DNA of 64,000 bases from positions 219,205-283,204 of the forward strand of contig OZ244188.1 of assembly GCA_965216635.1 (NCBI GenBank). The letters run 5' to 3'. The DNA is from a bacterium (GTDB taxonomy: Bacteria; SAR324; XYD2-FULL-50-16; G965216635). Shown in pieces: positions 1-9,424 of the stretch. Below the pieces are notes generated by a model. That model saw only the letters and a list, made by a program, of their open reading frames with translations, made no database searches and was not told the origin of the DNA. Position numbers and translations under genes: made by a program. How positions within the stretch are numbered: position 1 is the stretch's first letter; every line of letters begins with the position of its first letter.

Positions 1-1357
1 AAACAGATCCCGCCCTTATTCTACGAGCGAGTTTGTGGGCTTTGCTTAAATTTTCAGTCCATAAAGAAGCAACCAATCCGTAGGTGCTGTCGTTGGCTTT
101 TTGGATAGCTTCGTCATCGGTCTTGAAAGTATCAACGACAACTACGGGTCCAAAAATTTCTTCTCGCACAATGCACGCGTCTTTTTTAGGTGCTTCAAAA
201 ATGGTAGGTTCTATAAAACAATTCACTCCTCCTATTTCTAGTCTGTTTCCTCCATAAACAAGGGTGGCTTCTGTTTTTCCTTTTTCAATATAGCCCATCA
301 CCTTGTCAGCGTGGGATTGCTCTACCATAGCTCCCAATTCGTTTTCTGGATCTAGCGGGTTGCCTACTTTGATTTTCTTTGTTTTTTCTATGATTTTTTT
401 CATCAACTCTTCTTTAAGGCTTTCGTGTATCAAAAGACGGGTATTTGCAGAACACATTTCTCCTTGATTAAAAGTAAAACCTTCTACAGATTTTTCTGCT
501 ATTTTATCTAAATCTTTGGCGTCTTCTAAAACTATGTTGGGAGATTTACCTCCAGCCTCTACCCAAATTCTTTTCATATTGGAACGAGCCGAGTATTCCA
601 AAAATAACTTGCCAATTTCAGTGGAACCAGTAAAAGCGACACAATCTATATCGGAATGTATACCGATAGCCTTGCCAGCGGTTTCTCCAAAGCCTGTTAC
701 TACATTAAAAACGCCATCTGGAATTCCAGCCTCCAAGGCTAATTCTGCTAATTTTAAGGCAGACGAGGGAGATTGTTCGGCTGGTTTTAAAATAAAAGAA
801 TTTCCAGAAATTAAAGCAGGTGCAGTTTTCCACATAGCCATATCCAAGGGAAAATTCCACGGCACTACAGCTCCGATAACTCCCATAGGCTCGCGGGTAA
901 TTGTAGCAAAAGCATCCTTTCTGACAGGAGCTATTTCGTCGTAAATTTTATCTATACTCTCAGCATACCATCTTAAAACACCGCAGGCTGCTGGAACATC
1001 GCTTACATAAGCCATTTGTACAGATTTTCCCATATCTAAACTTTCTAACAAAGCAAAGGTTTCGCTATTTCGCTCTATTAAGTCCACCAATTTAAGCAAA
1101 ATTTTTTTCTTCTCACTAGGATTCGTTTCGCTCCAAACTCCTTTGTTAAAAGATTGTCTTGCGGCTTGGACGGCTTTTTCTACATCTTCTTTATCGCAGG
1201 CAGCTACTTGGGCTAAAACTTCTCCGGTAGCAGGGTTTATGTTTTCAAAAGTTTTTCCGCTTACGGCAGAAACAAATTCTCCATCAATAAAAGCAAGATT
1301 GGGAAATTTTATTTTTTCAGCTTCTGTTTTCCAAAATTCATAAGTTTTTTCTTTCAT
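1..1357 (-). CDS. NAD(P)-dependent aldehyde dehydrogenase (C-terminus runs off window start)
   Basis: Absent from ORF track because cut by window edge. Reverse-strand translation from ATG at 1357 reads MKEKTYEFWKTEAEKIKF... and contains the ALDH catalytic Cys motif FNQGEMCSANTRL and the Glu motif VEAGGKSP. Track ORFs 516..944(+) and 1143..1343(+) are antisense shadows of this gene. Confidence 0.85.
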   Translation of the reverse strand, partial: MKEKTYEFWKTEAEKIKFPNLAFIDGEFVSAVSGKTFENINPATGEVLAQVAACDKEDVEKAVQAARQSFNKGVWSETNPSEKKKILLKLVDLIERNSETFALLESLDMGKSVQMAYVSDVPAACGVLRWYAESIDKIYDEIAPVRKDAFATITREPMGVIGAVVPWNFPLDMAMWKTAPALISGNSFILKPAEQSPSSALKLAELALEAGIPDGVFNVVTGFGETAGKAIGIHSDIDCVAFTGSTEIGKLFLEYSARSNMKRIWVEAGGKSPNIVLEDAKDLDKIAEKSVEGFTFNQGEMCSANTRLLIHESLKEELMKKIIEKTKKIKVGNPLDPENELGAMVEQSHADKVMGYIEKGKTEATLVYGGNRLEIGGVNCFIEPTIFEAPKKDACIVREEIFGPVVVVDTFKTDDEAIQKANDSTYGLVASLWTENLSKAHKLARRIRAGSV

Positions 1358-1405
1358 TTTTTATTTAGGTGATAATTTGATTAAAAATACACGCTCTACA
1401 CAATT

Positions 1406-1534
1406 AGATAGACCTTTGAATTTGCCAAATAGAACAAAACTAGCTGCGACGGCTAGCCAAATGGTTAGAACAGGAGCGAAAAAAACTTTCGCTCCTGGTC
1501 TAGCTTTCCTATAATGCTAAAGTTCAAAGGTCTC
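1406..1534. mobile_element. MITE-like intergenic repeat (family tagacctttgaatt / ggctagccaaatggttagaacagg modules)
   Basis: Shares the gacctttgaatttgccaaatagaacaaaactagctg...ggctagccaaatggttagaacagg module with 10990-11060 and 56861-56940; ends in ttcaaaggtct. Confidence 0.6.
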
Positions 1535-1713
1535 AACAGTATTGTCAAAAATACGCGCAGCTACAAAGTTATTCAGATTCTATCTCTAATTAAAATTGCA
1601 ACTGCACCTTGCCTCACACTTATCCTGGAATTTCCTTTCTTGTGTTTGAAATTTTATCAAATTATCTCAAAACCGCTAGAAAGCTAATTCAACAAATTGT
1701 AGGATAGTTACTA

Positions 1714-2766
1714 TCAATTATATCTATAGGGTCTTCCCGCTTTTTGCATATCAGAGTTATATTTTTTGAAGATATTAACGACCTTAGCCTTCGTTTTTGA
1801 CTCTGCTGCTATTTTGTCCCAAAACTTAACAGCTGCCTTTTCCACTCTAGCCCATTCGCTATCAGATATAGTTGTTAGTTTGAGTTTTTTACCATAAACT
1901 CTGAGAGAAGCTTCGCCTCCCCAATACCACCATTGCCTATAATAGTGTGAACTATCCATAGTAAGCTGCAGAAGCTCTTTCAAGTGAGCAGGTAATTTGT
2001 TATACTGCTTCATATTCGCAAAAAACGAACCCGCCCAAGCACCAGAAATATTGTTGGTGAGAAAATATTTCGTAACATCTGCCCAACCTACAGTATAGTC
2101 TTCTGTTATCCCAGACCACGCAATACCATCTAGTTCTCCAGTTTGAACAGCAACCTCAATATCTTCCCAAGGCAATGTAACAGGCACTACTCCAAACTGT
2201 TTAAGAAACCTTCCCGCTGTTGGAAATGTAAAGACTCTTAATCCTTTTAAATCAGACAGTTTACGGATAGGTTTCTTAGTTGCAAAATGACAAGGGTCCC
2301 AAGCACCTGCTGACAAATGTTTTACTCCGAGTTTTGAATATTCTGCATCCCAAATCTTATTCAATCCATATTGATTAAATAATACAGGAACATCCAGAGA
2401 GTACCTACTAGCAAAAGGGAAATAGCCTCCAAAAACAGTAACCTCAGTGGGAGAAGCCATAGAATCATCATCCGATTGCACTGCGTCTATTGTGCCTTTT
2501 TGCATTGCTCTGAAAAGCTCACTTGTAGGAACTAATTGATCAGAAAAATACAATTCTATTTTCATTTCACCCTTTGCAACTTTATTAAAACTATCAATTG
2601 CCGGTTTGATTACATGTTTTGCTAAGGCTGGTCCTGCATAGGTCTGCATTCTCCAGCGAATCTCCTTTTTAGCGTGAACTACAGGGGCTTTTGTTATCAA
2701 AGCAGCAGCCCCTACACCAGCTATTCCAGCTCCTTTGATGAATTTACGTCTAGTTGTTGTATTCAT
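1714..2766 (-). CDS. dctP: TRAP transporter periplasmic solute-binding protein (DctP family)
   Basis: 364-aa track ORF (1714..2808) with overall DctP-like pattern. N-terminus has a twin-arginine motif TRRKFIKGAGIAGVGAAA, so the true start is probably MNTTT at 2766. Lies downstream of the dctQM pair on the same strand. Confidence 0.75.
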   Translation of the reverse strand: MNTTTRRKFIKGAGIAGVGAAALITKAPVVHAKKEIRWRMQTYAGPALAKHVIKPAIDSFNKVAKGEMKIELYFSDQLVPTSELFRAMQKGTIDAVQSDDDSMASPTEVTVFGGYFPFASRYSLDVPVLFNQYGLNKIWDAEYSKLGVKHLSAGAWDPCHFATKKPIRKLSDLKGLRVFTFPTAGRFLKQFGVVPVTLPWEDIEVAVQTGELDGIAWSGITEDYTVGWADVTKYFLTNNISGAWAGSFFANMKQYNKLPAHLKELLQLTMDSSHYYRQWWYWGGEASLRVYGKKLKLTTISDSEWARVEKAAVKFWDKIAAESKTKAKVVNIFKKYNSDMQKAGRPYRYN

Positions 2767-2775
2767 AATTAATCT

Positions 2776-3172
2776 TGAGACCTTTGAATTAGCGTTCTGT
2801 TTAGCCAAAACAAGCTTATTGCTTCCAACCTATACGGGCTTTAGCAAAAGAGCCACTGGTATGACCATTTGGCTCTTTTGCAGTCTATATTGTGTTAGCT
2901 TTAAGTTTTGTGGTGTTTTTTGCTACGCCGTTAAAAAAAAAATTTAACTCTTGAAATATCGTAGTGCCACAATAATGGCACCAGGTACACTACAAAACTT
3001 GCGTTATGTGCTCTAAATAAGGCAAAAAAGAATGTAAAAGAGCCAGTGGATCTTCTACTGCAACCCTTATTTTGTGTTAAGAAATAAGAGAGTATTCCTG
3101 CAAGCTAAATTTTTTTTTTGCACTTTTCTAACCATTTGGCTAGCCGTCACATAACACTAATTCAAAGCTCTC
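2776..3172. mobile_element. Composite MITE-like repeat (about 400 bp) between dctP and dctM
   Basis: Begins tgagacctttgaattagcgttctgtttagcc and ends ggctagccgtcacataacactaattcaaagctctc, an inverted-end structure. Internal modules (gcaaaagagccactgg, ttaactcttgaaata, attcctgcaagctaaa) recur at 11100-11250, 14780-14860, 28960-29030 and 57040-57110. Confidence 0.7.
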
Positions 3173-3295
3173 GCCTTTAGTTAAGTTTAAAATTAAGCAA
3201 ACAATTATTAATTATTCGCTGTACTATAAAAACATAATCTGTTACCCTTAAAGATCTCTTTTTTTTTAAAAAATATTTTAACAGCTAACTAACTT

Positions 3296-4618
3296 TTATT
3301 TTCCATAGATATAATTTGGAAACCATAAACTAATATTAGGAAATAGCATAATTAGCAGCAATGCAAATATCATAATGAGAATAAAGGGCCAAATAGAGCT
3401 ATAAATATCTTTTATTGTAATTTCAGGAGGAGCCATAGCCCGCATTAGAAAAAGATTGTATCCAAATGGAGGAGTAATATAGGCAATTTGAGATGTAATA
3501 GTGTATAAGACACCATACCAAATAAGATTAAAGCCCAAATGATCTACAAGTGGAACATAGAGAGGAGCAACTATTACAAGCATTGCAGTATCATCAAGGA
3601 ATGTACCCATAACAAGAAAGGATATTTGCATTAAAATTAACACGGTCCAAGGGCTAAATCCGAGTTGATCTGTAAATAGATTTTCTATCACCTTAACTGC
3701 TCCCAGTCCGTCAAATACTGCCCCGAATCCCAACGCAGCAAGAATAATCCACATGAACATACAAGATATGGCTAGAGTTTGTTTGACTGATACTTCCAGA
3801 ACATGTTTATTCATCCTACCTTTGAGCACAGATGCCAACAATGCAGCCATAGCTCCGATTGCCGAACTTTCCACAAGACTTGTCCACCCTTTGACAAATG
3901 GAATCATCATTGCAGCAAAAATAAATAAAGGAAGCAAACCTGATCTTAGAAGAGCTAATTTTTCGCGAAGTGAAACTTTCCTATCATCTGATTTTAATGC
4001 AGGACCGAGTTCAGGTTGAAATTTACAGCGGACAATAATGTATATAATAAAGAGGGTCGCCATCAGCAATCCTGGAATAATTCCTGCTAGCCAAAGTCTT
4101 CCTACCGGTTGCCTTGCTATCAAGGCATATAGGACTAAGACTACAGAAGGTGGGATCAAAATTCCCAATGATGAACCAGCTTGAATTACCCCTGTAACCA
4201 TTTTTTTGTCATAATTTCGTTTTAAGAGTTCGGGTAGAGCAATTGTTGCCCCAATAGCCATACCTGCTACTGAAAGTCCATTCATAGCAGAAATAAGAAC
4301 CATTAAAATAATAGTGCCAATAGCCAAACCACCTCTAATTGGCCCCATCCATACATGGAACATACGGTATAAATCATCAGCCAGTTTTGATTCTGATAAA
4401 ATATATCCCATAAAAATAAACATAGGTAGAGTTAGTAAAGGATACCATTTCATCAATTTCATAGCAGCACCAAAAGGAATAGCCGAACCTCCAGTTCCCC
4501 ATAATGAAAGAGCAGCAATAGATGCAACAGCCCCGATAGCTCCAAAAACCCGTTGTCCTGTCAACAGCATTAGCATCATTGACGAGAACATAAAAACGGC
4601 AATAAATTCGTATGGCAT
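3296..4618 (-). CDS. dctM: TRAP transporter large permease (DctM family)
   Basis: 440-aa polytopic membrane protein with the DctM-type sequence pattern. Start overlaps the stop of the upstream dctQ-like gene (4618). Confidence 0.8.
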   Translation of the reverse strand: MPYEFIAVFMFSSMMLMLLTGQRVFGAIGAVASIAALSLWGTGGSAIPFGAAMKLMKWYPLLTLPMFIFMGYILSESKLADDLYRMFHVWMGPIRGGLAIGTIILMVLISAMNGLSVAGMAIGATIALPELLKRNYDKKMVTGVIQAGSSLGILIPPSVVLVLYALIARQPVGRLWLAGIIPGLLMATLFIIYIIVRCKFQPELGPALKSDDRKVSLREKLALLRSGLLPLFIFAAMMIPFVKGWTSLVESSAIGAMAALLASVLKGRMNKHVLEVSVKQTLAISCMFMWIILAALGFGAVFDGLGAVKVIENLFTDQLGFSPWTVLILMQISFLVMGTFLDDTAMLVIVAPLYVPLVDHLGFNLIWYGVLYTITSQIAYITPPFGYNLFLMRAMAPPEITIKDIYSSIWPFILIMIFALLLIMLFPNISLWFPNYIYGK

Positions 4619-5124
4619 TAGATTTTTTCTCCTTTAATACGTAATATATCCTTCAAAAATTCAGAAAAAATTTGTAACAACATCAGTACAAACCCCAAGC
4701 TTGTAATAAATTTTATTGGCCATAGGTAAGGTCTCCAAGCCGTTGGACTTCTTTCGCTGTATTGTAGAGAATAAGCGAGGCTTTCTATAGATCCATAAAA
4801 AAGAACTCCTAGATAAAATACGAGTAGTAATGAAGTGAAAATATCAAATTTTGCTTTTCGCCTTACACTCCAATTCCCATAAAACAAATCCATACGGACA
4901 TTAGAGCCGAGTTGAATAGAATAAGGTCCTCCTAAAATATAATACGCGACCAGTGCAAACTGTGCCATTTCTAGTGTCCAAAGAGATGGAACTAGAAAAG
5001 TTTTTGAGATAGACGACCACGCAAGTATTACTACTAGCAAGAAAATCCCATACATAACTACTCGTCCGATGCGATAATTGACGATGTCTATCAGATAAAT
5101 AATTTTGTTTAATATTTTCATCAT
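4618..5124 (-). CDS. dctQ: TRAP transporter small permease (DctQ family)
   Basis: 168 aa with 4 predicted TM helices, immediately upstream of and overlapping dctM. Confidence 0.7.
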   Translation of the reverse strand: MMKILNKIIYLIDIVNYRIGRVVMYGIFLLVVILAWSSISKTFLVPSLWTLEMAQFALVAYYILGGPYSIQLGSNVRMDLFYGNWSVRRKAKFDIFTSLLLVFYLGVLFYGSIESLAYSLQYSERSPTAWRPYLWPIKFITSLGFVLMLLQIFSEFLKDILRIKGEKI

Positions 5125-5163
5125 AAATTCAAATATAAGTTCACAAGCTAAATATAAAAAAAA

Positions 5164-5937
5164 TTATTCTGGAGTTACATACGCCGAAGTAATCCCTCCA
5201 TCCACTATAAACTCTGTTCCTGTAGTATAAGAAGATTCATCAGAGGCTAAGAATAAAGCTGATTTTGCCATTTCTTTTGCTTCTCCAAAACGTCCCATCG
5301 GAATATGAACCAGTCGCCTCTGTTTTTTAGCATCTGTATCCAAGAACTTCATTAATAATTCAGTCTGTAAGGGACCTGGACAAAGAGCATTAATACGAAT
5401 GTTTTCTCTAGCGTGTAGCACTGCCAGTTCACGAGTTAAAGCAATCACCCCGCCCTTGCTAGCAGTGTAGGCAACCTGTGGGGTTGCAGCTCCCATGAGA
5501 CCAACGAAAGATGCGGTATTAATAATAGAGCCCCCTCCAGCACGTCGCATAGCACTAATTCCATATTTGCAACCAAGAAAAACTCCTTTTAAATTAATTG
5601 CCATTGTTAAATCCCAAACTTCTTCCTCCGTTACTTGAGCGTTGTCGTCTCTACTATCCATAATCCCTGCATTATTAAACATTACATTAAGTTTTCCGAA
5701 TTGGGTTTCGGCAGTTTTTACCATATTTTCACAGTTTGTAGCTTTAGAAATATCAGCGTGAACATAAATAGCATCTCCTCCAGCAGATTGAATTTTAGCA
5801 ATCGTTTTTTCACCTTCTGCGTCATTCACATCTACAGCTACAATTTTTGCTCCCTCTTGTGCAAACAAAAGCGCAGCTTCTCTACCAATTCCACTAGATG
5901 CGCCCGTAATAAGAGCAACTTTATTTTGTAATCTCAT
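5164..5937 (-). CDS. SDR-family oxidoreductase
   Basis: TGASSGIG Rossmann motif at the N-terminus, NNAG, and a YTASKGGV catalytic Tyr/Lys motif; 257 aa. Confidence 0.85.
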   Translation of the reverse strand: MRLQNKVALITGASSGIGREAALLFAQEGAKIVAVDVNDAEGEKTIAKIQSAGGDAIYVHADISKATNCENMVKTAETQFGKLNVMFNNAGIMDSRDDNAQVTEEEVWDLTMAINLKGVFLGCKYGISAMRRAGGGSIINTASFVGLMGAATPQVAYTASKGGVIALTRELAVLHARENIRINALCPGPLQTELLMKFLDTDAKKQRRLVHIPMGRFGEAKEMAKSALFLASDESSYTTGTEFIVDGGITSAYVTPE

Positions 5938-6042
5938 AAGTTTTATTTTTGTTATTGATTAAATTTTTTTAAGTCTATTATTTAGATAGTCCCATTATTT
6001 TAGAACTGTAAATTTTATGGATTTTTTTAAGGTTAGAGAATT

Positions 6043-7422
6043 TCATAATTGGTTTTCTGTTTTCAAATCATCCTGAACTTTTACAATACTATCCCTAAGT
6101 GTAGCAATTAAAAAATCAGCTTCTTCTTTGCTTAAACAAAGAGGAGGAGACATTACATTTTTATCTCCAATCGGGCGAATAATGAGTCCAGCGTTTTGGG
6201 CGTATTTAGAGACTCTTTCCCCTACCTTCAAATTCGCATCAAAAGAAGTTTTGCTGCTTTTGTCTTTTACAAATTCTACACACATCATAAAATGGCTACC
6301 TCTAACATCCCCCACTATTTCTAAGTCGTCAAGTTCTCCGAGTTTTTTTTCAAAATAACCTCCTACTTTTTGCACATGCCCACAAAAATCCTCGTTTTCT
6401 AAAATCTCAATATTTTTCAAACCCACAGCACAGCTTACAGGATGTCCCGAATAGGTGAAGCCGTGTGCAAATTCTTTGCCTCCTCTAGGTTGGCTGATAG
6501 TATCAAAAATTTCATCCGAAATCAGAGTTGCTCCCAAAGGAATATAACCAGAAGTTAAACCTTTAGCACAGGTTATTATATCAGGTTGAATATCAAACAT
6601 TTTCTCTGAAGAAAAAAAATGCCCTAGCCTACCGAAAGCGGTGACTACTTCATCAGAAATATAGAAACAATCGTGTTTTTTACAAATTTCCAAAGCTCGT
6701 TTGTGATAACCTTTAGGCGCCATTAAAACCCCACCTGCTCCCATAATAGGTTCAGCTATAAAGGCGGCTACTTTGTCTGCTCCTATGCTTAAAATTTTGG
6801 CTTCCAATTCTTGCATTAGCTGGTCACAAAAATCGTTATCGGAAAGGCTACTTGGTTTTCTATAAAGATTCGGGCTAGAAATATGATGAATCCATTCTTT
6901 TTCTACGGTAAAATCTATATGGTCGTAATTTAGTCCTGTCAAAGACATCGCAAGATAGGTACTGCCGTGATAAGCACCCTCTCTCGCAATAATATGCTTT
7001 TTTTGGGGTTGTTTTTTTAGATGAAAATAATGGTGAATAGTGCGCACAGCAGTATCGTTCGCCCCCGAACCGCTTAAAGAATAAAAAACACGGTTTAAAT
7101 TTTGTGGAGCTAGTTCTGCTAATTTGGCTGCTAAAAATGCTGCTGGTTCTGTGGTATGAGCTCCAAAGGTAGAAAAATAAGCCATTTTGTCCATTTGTTT
7201 AGCGGCTACTTCCCCTAATTCTTTTCTGCCGTAGCCGATATTGATACACCACAAACCACCTATACCGTCCAAATATTTTTTACCATCAGAGTCAAAAACA
7301 AAAGAGCCTTTGGCTTCTTTAATTATGATAGAGCCTTCCTTCTTAAAAGATTCAAATTCAGTCCAAGGATGAATAAAATGATCTTTATCCGCTTGCCAAA
7401 TTTTTTGATTGTTTGTTTGCAT
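6043..7422 (-). CDS. Class III (omega) aminotransferase, PLP-dependent, amine:pyruvate type
   Basis: 459 aa; GIGGLWCINIGYGRKEL, AREGAYHGST, and DEVVTAFGRLG with the PLP lysine region CAKGLTSGYIPLG, typical of omega-amino-acid/putrescine/taurine-pyruvate aminotransferases. Confidence 0.8.
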   Translation of the reverse strand: MQTNNQKIWQADKDHFIHPWTEFESFKKEGSIIIKEAKGSFVFDSDGKKYLDGIGGLWCINIGYGRKELGEVAAKQMDKMAYFSTFGAHTTEPAAFLAAKLAELAPQNLNRVFYSLSGSGANDTAVRTIHHYFHLKKQPQKKHIIAREGAYHGSTYLAMSLTGLNYDHIDFTVEKEWIHHISSPNLYRKPSSLSDNDFCDQLMQELEAKILSIGADKVAAFIAEPIMGAGGVLMAPKGYHKRALEICKKHDCFYISDEVVTAFGRLGHFFSSEKMFDIQPDIITCAKGLTSGYIPLGATLISDEIFDTISQPRGGKEFAHGFTYSGHPVSCAVGLKNIEILENEDFCGHVQKVGGYFEKKLGELDDLEIVGDVRGSHFMMCVEFVKDKSSKTSFDANLKVGERVSKYAQNAGLIIRPIGDKNVMSPPLCLSKEEADFLIATLRDSIVKVQDDLKTENQL

Positions 7423-7444
7423 TTTAGTTTTTTGATAAAAATAA

Positions 7445-7560
7445 GAATGAACTTTCTATTTTGTAAGATAAGAAAAATAAACTAGAAAAAGCAAATTCTT
7501 TCTTTTAGACTAGAAAAATAAACTAGAAAAAGCAAATTCTTTCTTTTAGACTAGTAAAGC
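7445..7560. promoter_or_regulatory. 45-bp direct repeat x2 in divergent promoter region between aminotransferase and hdc
   Basis: aaataaactagaaaaagcaaattctttcttttagactag occurs twice in tandem (7468-7506 and 7514-7552). Confidence 0.4.
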
Positions 7561-7571
7561 TACAATAAAAC

Positions 7572-8672
7572 ATGATCACAAAACCCCCACTACTAAAATT
7601 CTTAAAAGAAATACAACACCATTTAGGCAATATGTTCGGTTATCCTGCCGCTCAAGATTTTAACTACGAAGAATTGCTTCCGTTTTTTCGCCACCCAATC
7701 AATAACATTGGTGATCCTTTTATTAAAGGCACCGCCAAAGATAATTGTCACCATTTAGAAAGAGAGGTATTAGGATTTTGGGCAAAATTGCTAAGAGCCC
7801 CCAAAAATAATTGGTGGGGTTACGTGACTAATGGAGGAACTGAAGGCAATCTGTATGGTCTTTGGTTGGCGAGAGAATGCTATCCTAAGGGAATTGTTTA
7901 TTACTCCGAAGATACGCACTATAGCATTGATAAAAATTTGCATTTTTTGAAGATGCAGCAGTGCCGCATTCCTTCCCAAAAAAATGGAGAGATAGACTAT
8001 AAAAAATTGCAAAAAACTTTAGCTAAAAATAGAAAAAAGCCCGCAATTATTTTTGCAAACATTGGAACTACAATGACAGAAGCAAAAGATGATATAGGAA
8101 AAATTCAGGAGATACTAAAAGATTTGATTATTTCTGATTACTATATTCACTGTGATTCAGCAATGAGCGGAGCCATTTCCCCTTTTTTAAAACCCAAACC
8201 GAATTTTGATTTTGCAGACGGGGCAGATAGTATTGTAATTAGCGGACACAAATTTATTGGCTCGCCTATCCCCTGTGGAATAGCCATAGTTCTCAAAAAA
8301 CATAAAAATCGCATCGCAGAATCCATTCCTTATATTGGCACAGTAGATACTACCATCAGCGGTTCTCGTAGCGGGCTAACTTCTCTTATTCTTTGGTATG
8401 CAATGAAGACACAATCCAAAAAAGGAATGGCTGCAAGAGTGCAGAAATCTTTGGATTTAGCGGGTTATGCAAAAACAAAATTAGTAGAAATGGGAGTGCA
8501 AGCGTGGAGAAATGAAAATGCTATCACTGTGGTATTTCCTGCAGCCAAAAAAGAGCTAAAAGAAAAATGGCAACTCGCCACAGCCAATAAAATCTCACAT
8601 ATTATCGTTATGCCTCACCTCACGAAAAAAGATATAGACAATTTTCTCGCAGATTATAAAAAAATTTTTTAG
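7572..8672 (+). CDS. hdc: Pyridoxal-dependent histidine decarboxylase (group II decarboxylase, Gram-negative Hdc type)
   Basis: WGYVTNGGTEGN, YYSEDTHYS, NGEIDY, IIFANIGTT, SGHKFIGSPIPCGIAIV (PLP Lys), SGSRSG and AWRNENAITVVFP track the Morganella/Klebsiella Hdc family essentially block by block; 366 aa. Confidence 0.8.
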   Translation: MITKPPLLKFLKEIQHHLGNMFGYPAAQDFNYEELLPFFRHPINNIGDPFIKGTAKDNCHHLEREVLGFWAKLLRAPKNNWWGYVTNGGTEGNLYGLWLARECYPKGIVYYSEDTHYSIDKNLHFLKMQQCRIPSQKNGEIDYKKLQKTLAKNRKKPAIIFANIGTTMTEAKDDIGKIQEILKDLIISDYYIHCDSAMSGAISPFLKPKPNFDFADGADSIVISGHKFIGSPIPCGIAIVLKKHKNRIAESIPYIGTVDTTISGSRSGLTSLILWYAMKTQSKKGMAARVQKSLDLAGYAKTKLVEMGVQAWRNENAITVVFPAAKKELKEKWQLATANKISHIIVMPHLTKKDIDNFLADYKKIF

Positions 8673-8768
8673 CTCGTAGGAATACTGAAGAGCATTTCTT
8701 CACAAATGGCAAGAGACAAATTTTTTTTGCCTTGCCTAGCCGTCACATAACGCAAATTCAAAGGTCTA
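8670..8768. mobile_element. Partial MITE-like repeat overlapping the hdc stop
   Basis: ttttttagctcgtaggaatactgaag ... ttgccttgcctagccgtcacataacgcaaattcaaaggtcta. Confidence 0.6.
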
Positions 8769-9424
8769 ATTTACTATGAAATGGAAAAAGAAGAGAAAAA
8801 GAAACAAATTAAAGCCAAAAATAAGCATAAATCAGTTATAAATTTAGTAAATTATTGAAAAATTTCTGTGATTTTTGGAAAAAATTTTAAAAAATAGAAT
8901 TTTTAATAATAAACTTTTTTTAAGAGACTAATTCAACAGTTTCTTTAAGAATTGAAAAAAATAAAATGACATTAATCTCCTTATTTTAATAAGCCTAAGA
9001 TACCTATCTTGTTAAAACAGTCAGAAAATGGTTGACAAGAGATTATTTTACTATTAAACTCAACATTATTTTTAGTGATTTAAAACAAAATATTTAAAGC
9101 TGACCTGAAACCGAGTGTTTTTCAATTATGAGAGCACTGATTTTTTATCAAGCAATATAGTGCCTGTTCTAGTTGATGATAGATTTGATTCCACATCAAG
9201 TTCGTTTAGACATCAGGTCGTTTAAGCATTAGGGACAACTTACTGCAGAAAATATCGACATAGTTATGAATATAATCACTAATAAGTTTTATAATGATAA
9301 TGTTTTATTGTGGTCACAGTTTTTGATAGTTTTATGCAAAACACTGAGACCTTATTTTTTAACCAGTTACCTGTTTTGATAAGGATATACCTTATTATCT
9401 AGGCTACTATTTTATGGATATATT

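Noticed and set aside
516-1343. Track ORFs 516..944(+) and 1143..1343(+)
   Set aside because: They lie antisense within a continuous, motif-bearing aldehyde dehydrogenase reading frame on the minus strand (1..1357) that the track omitted because it crosses the window edge.
3753-8012. Various 60-110-aa ORFs (3753..4019, 4314..4637, 5635..5931, 6128..6358, 7791..8012)
   Set aside because: All are antisense to or overlapping well-supported longer genes (dctM, SDR, aminotransferase, hdc); low-complexity AT-rich translations.
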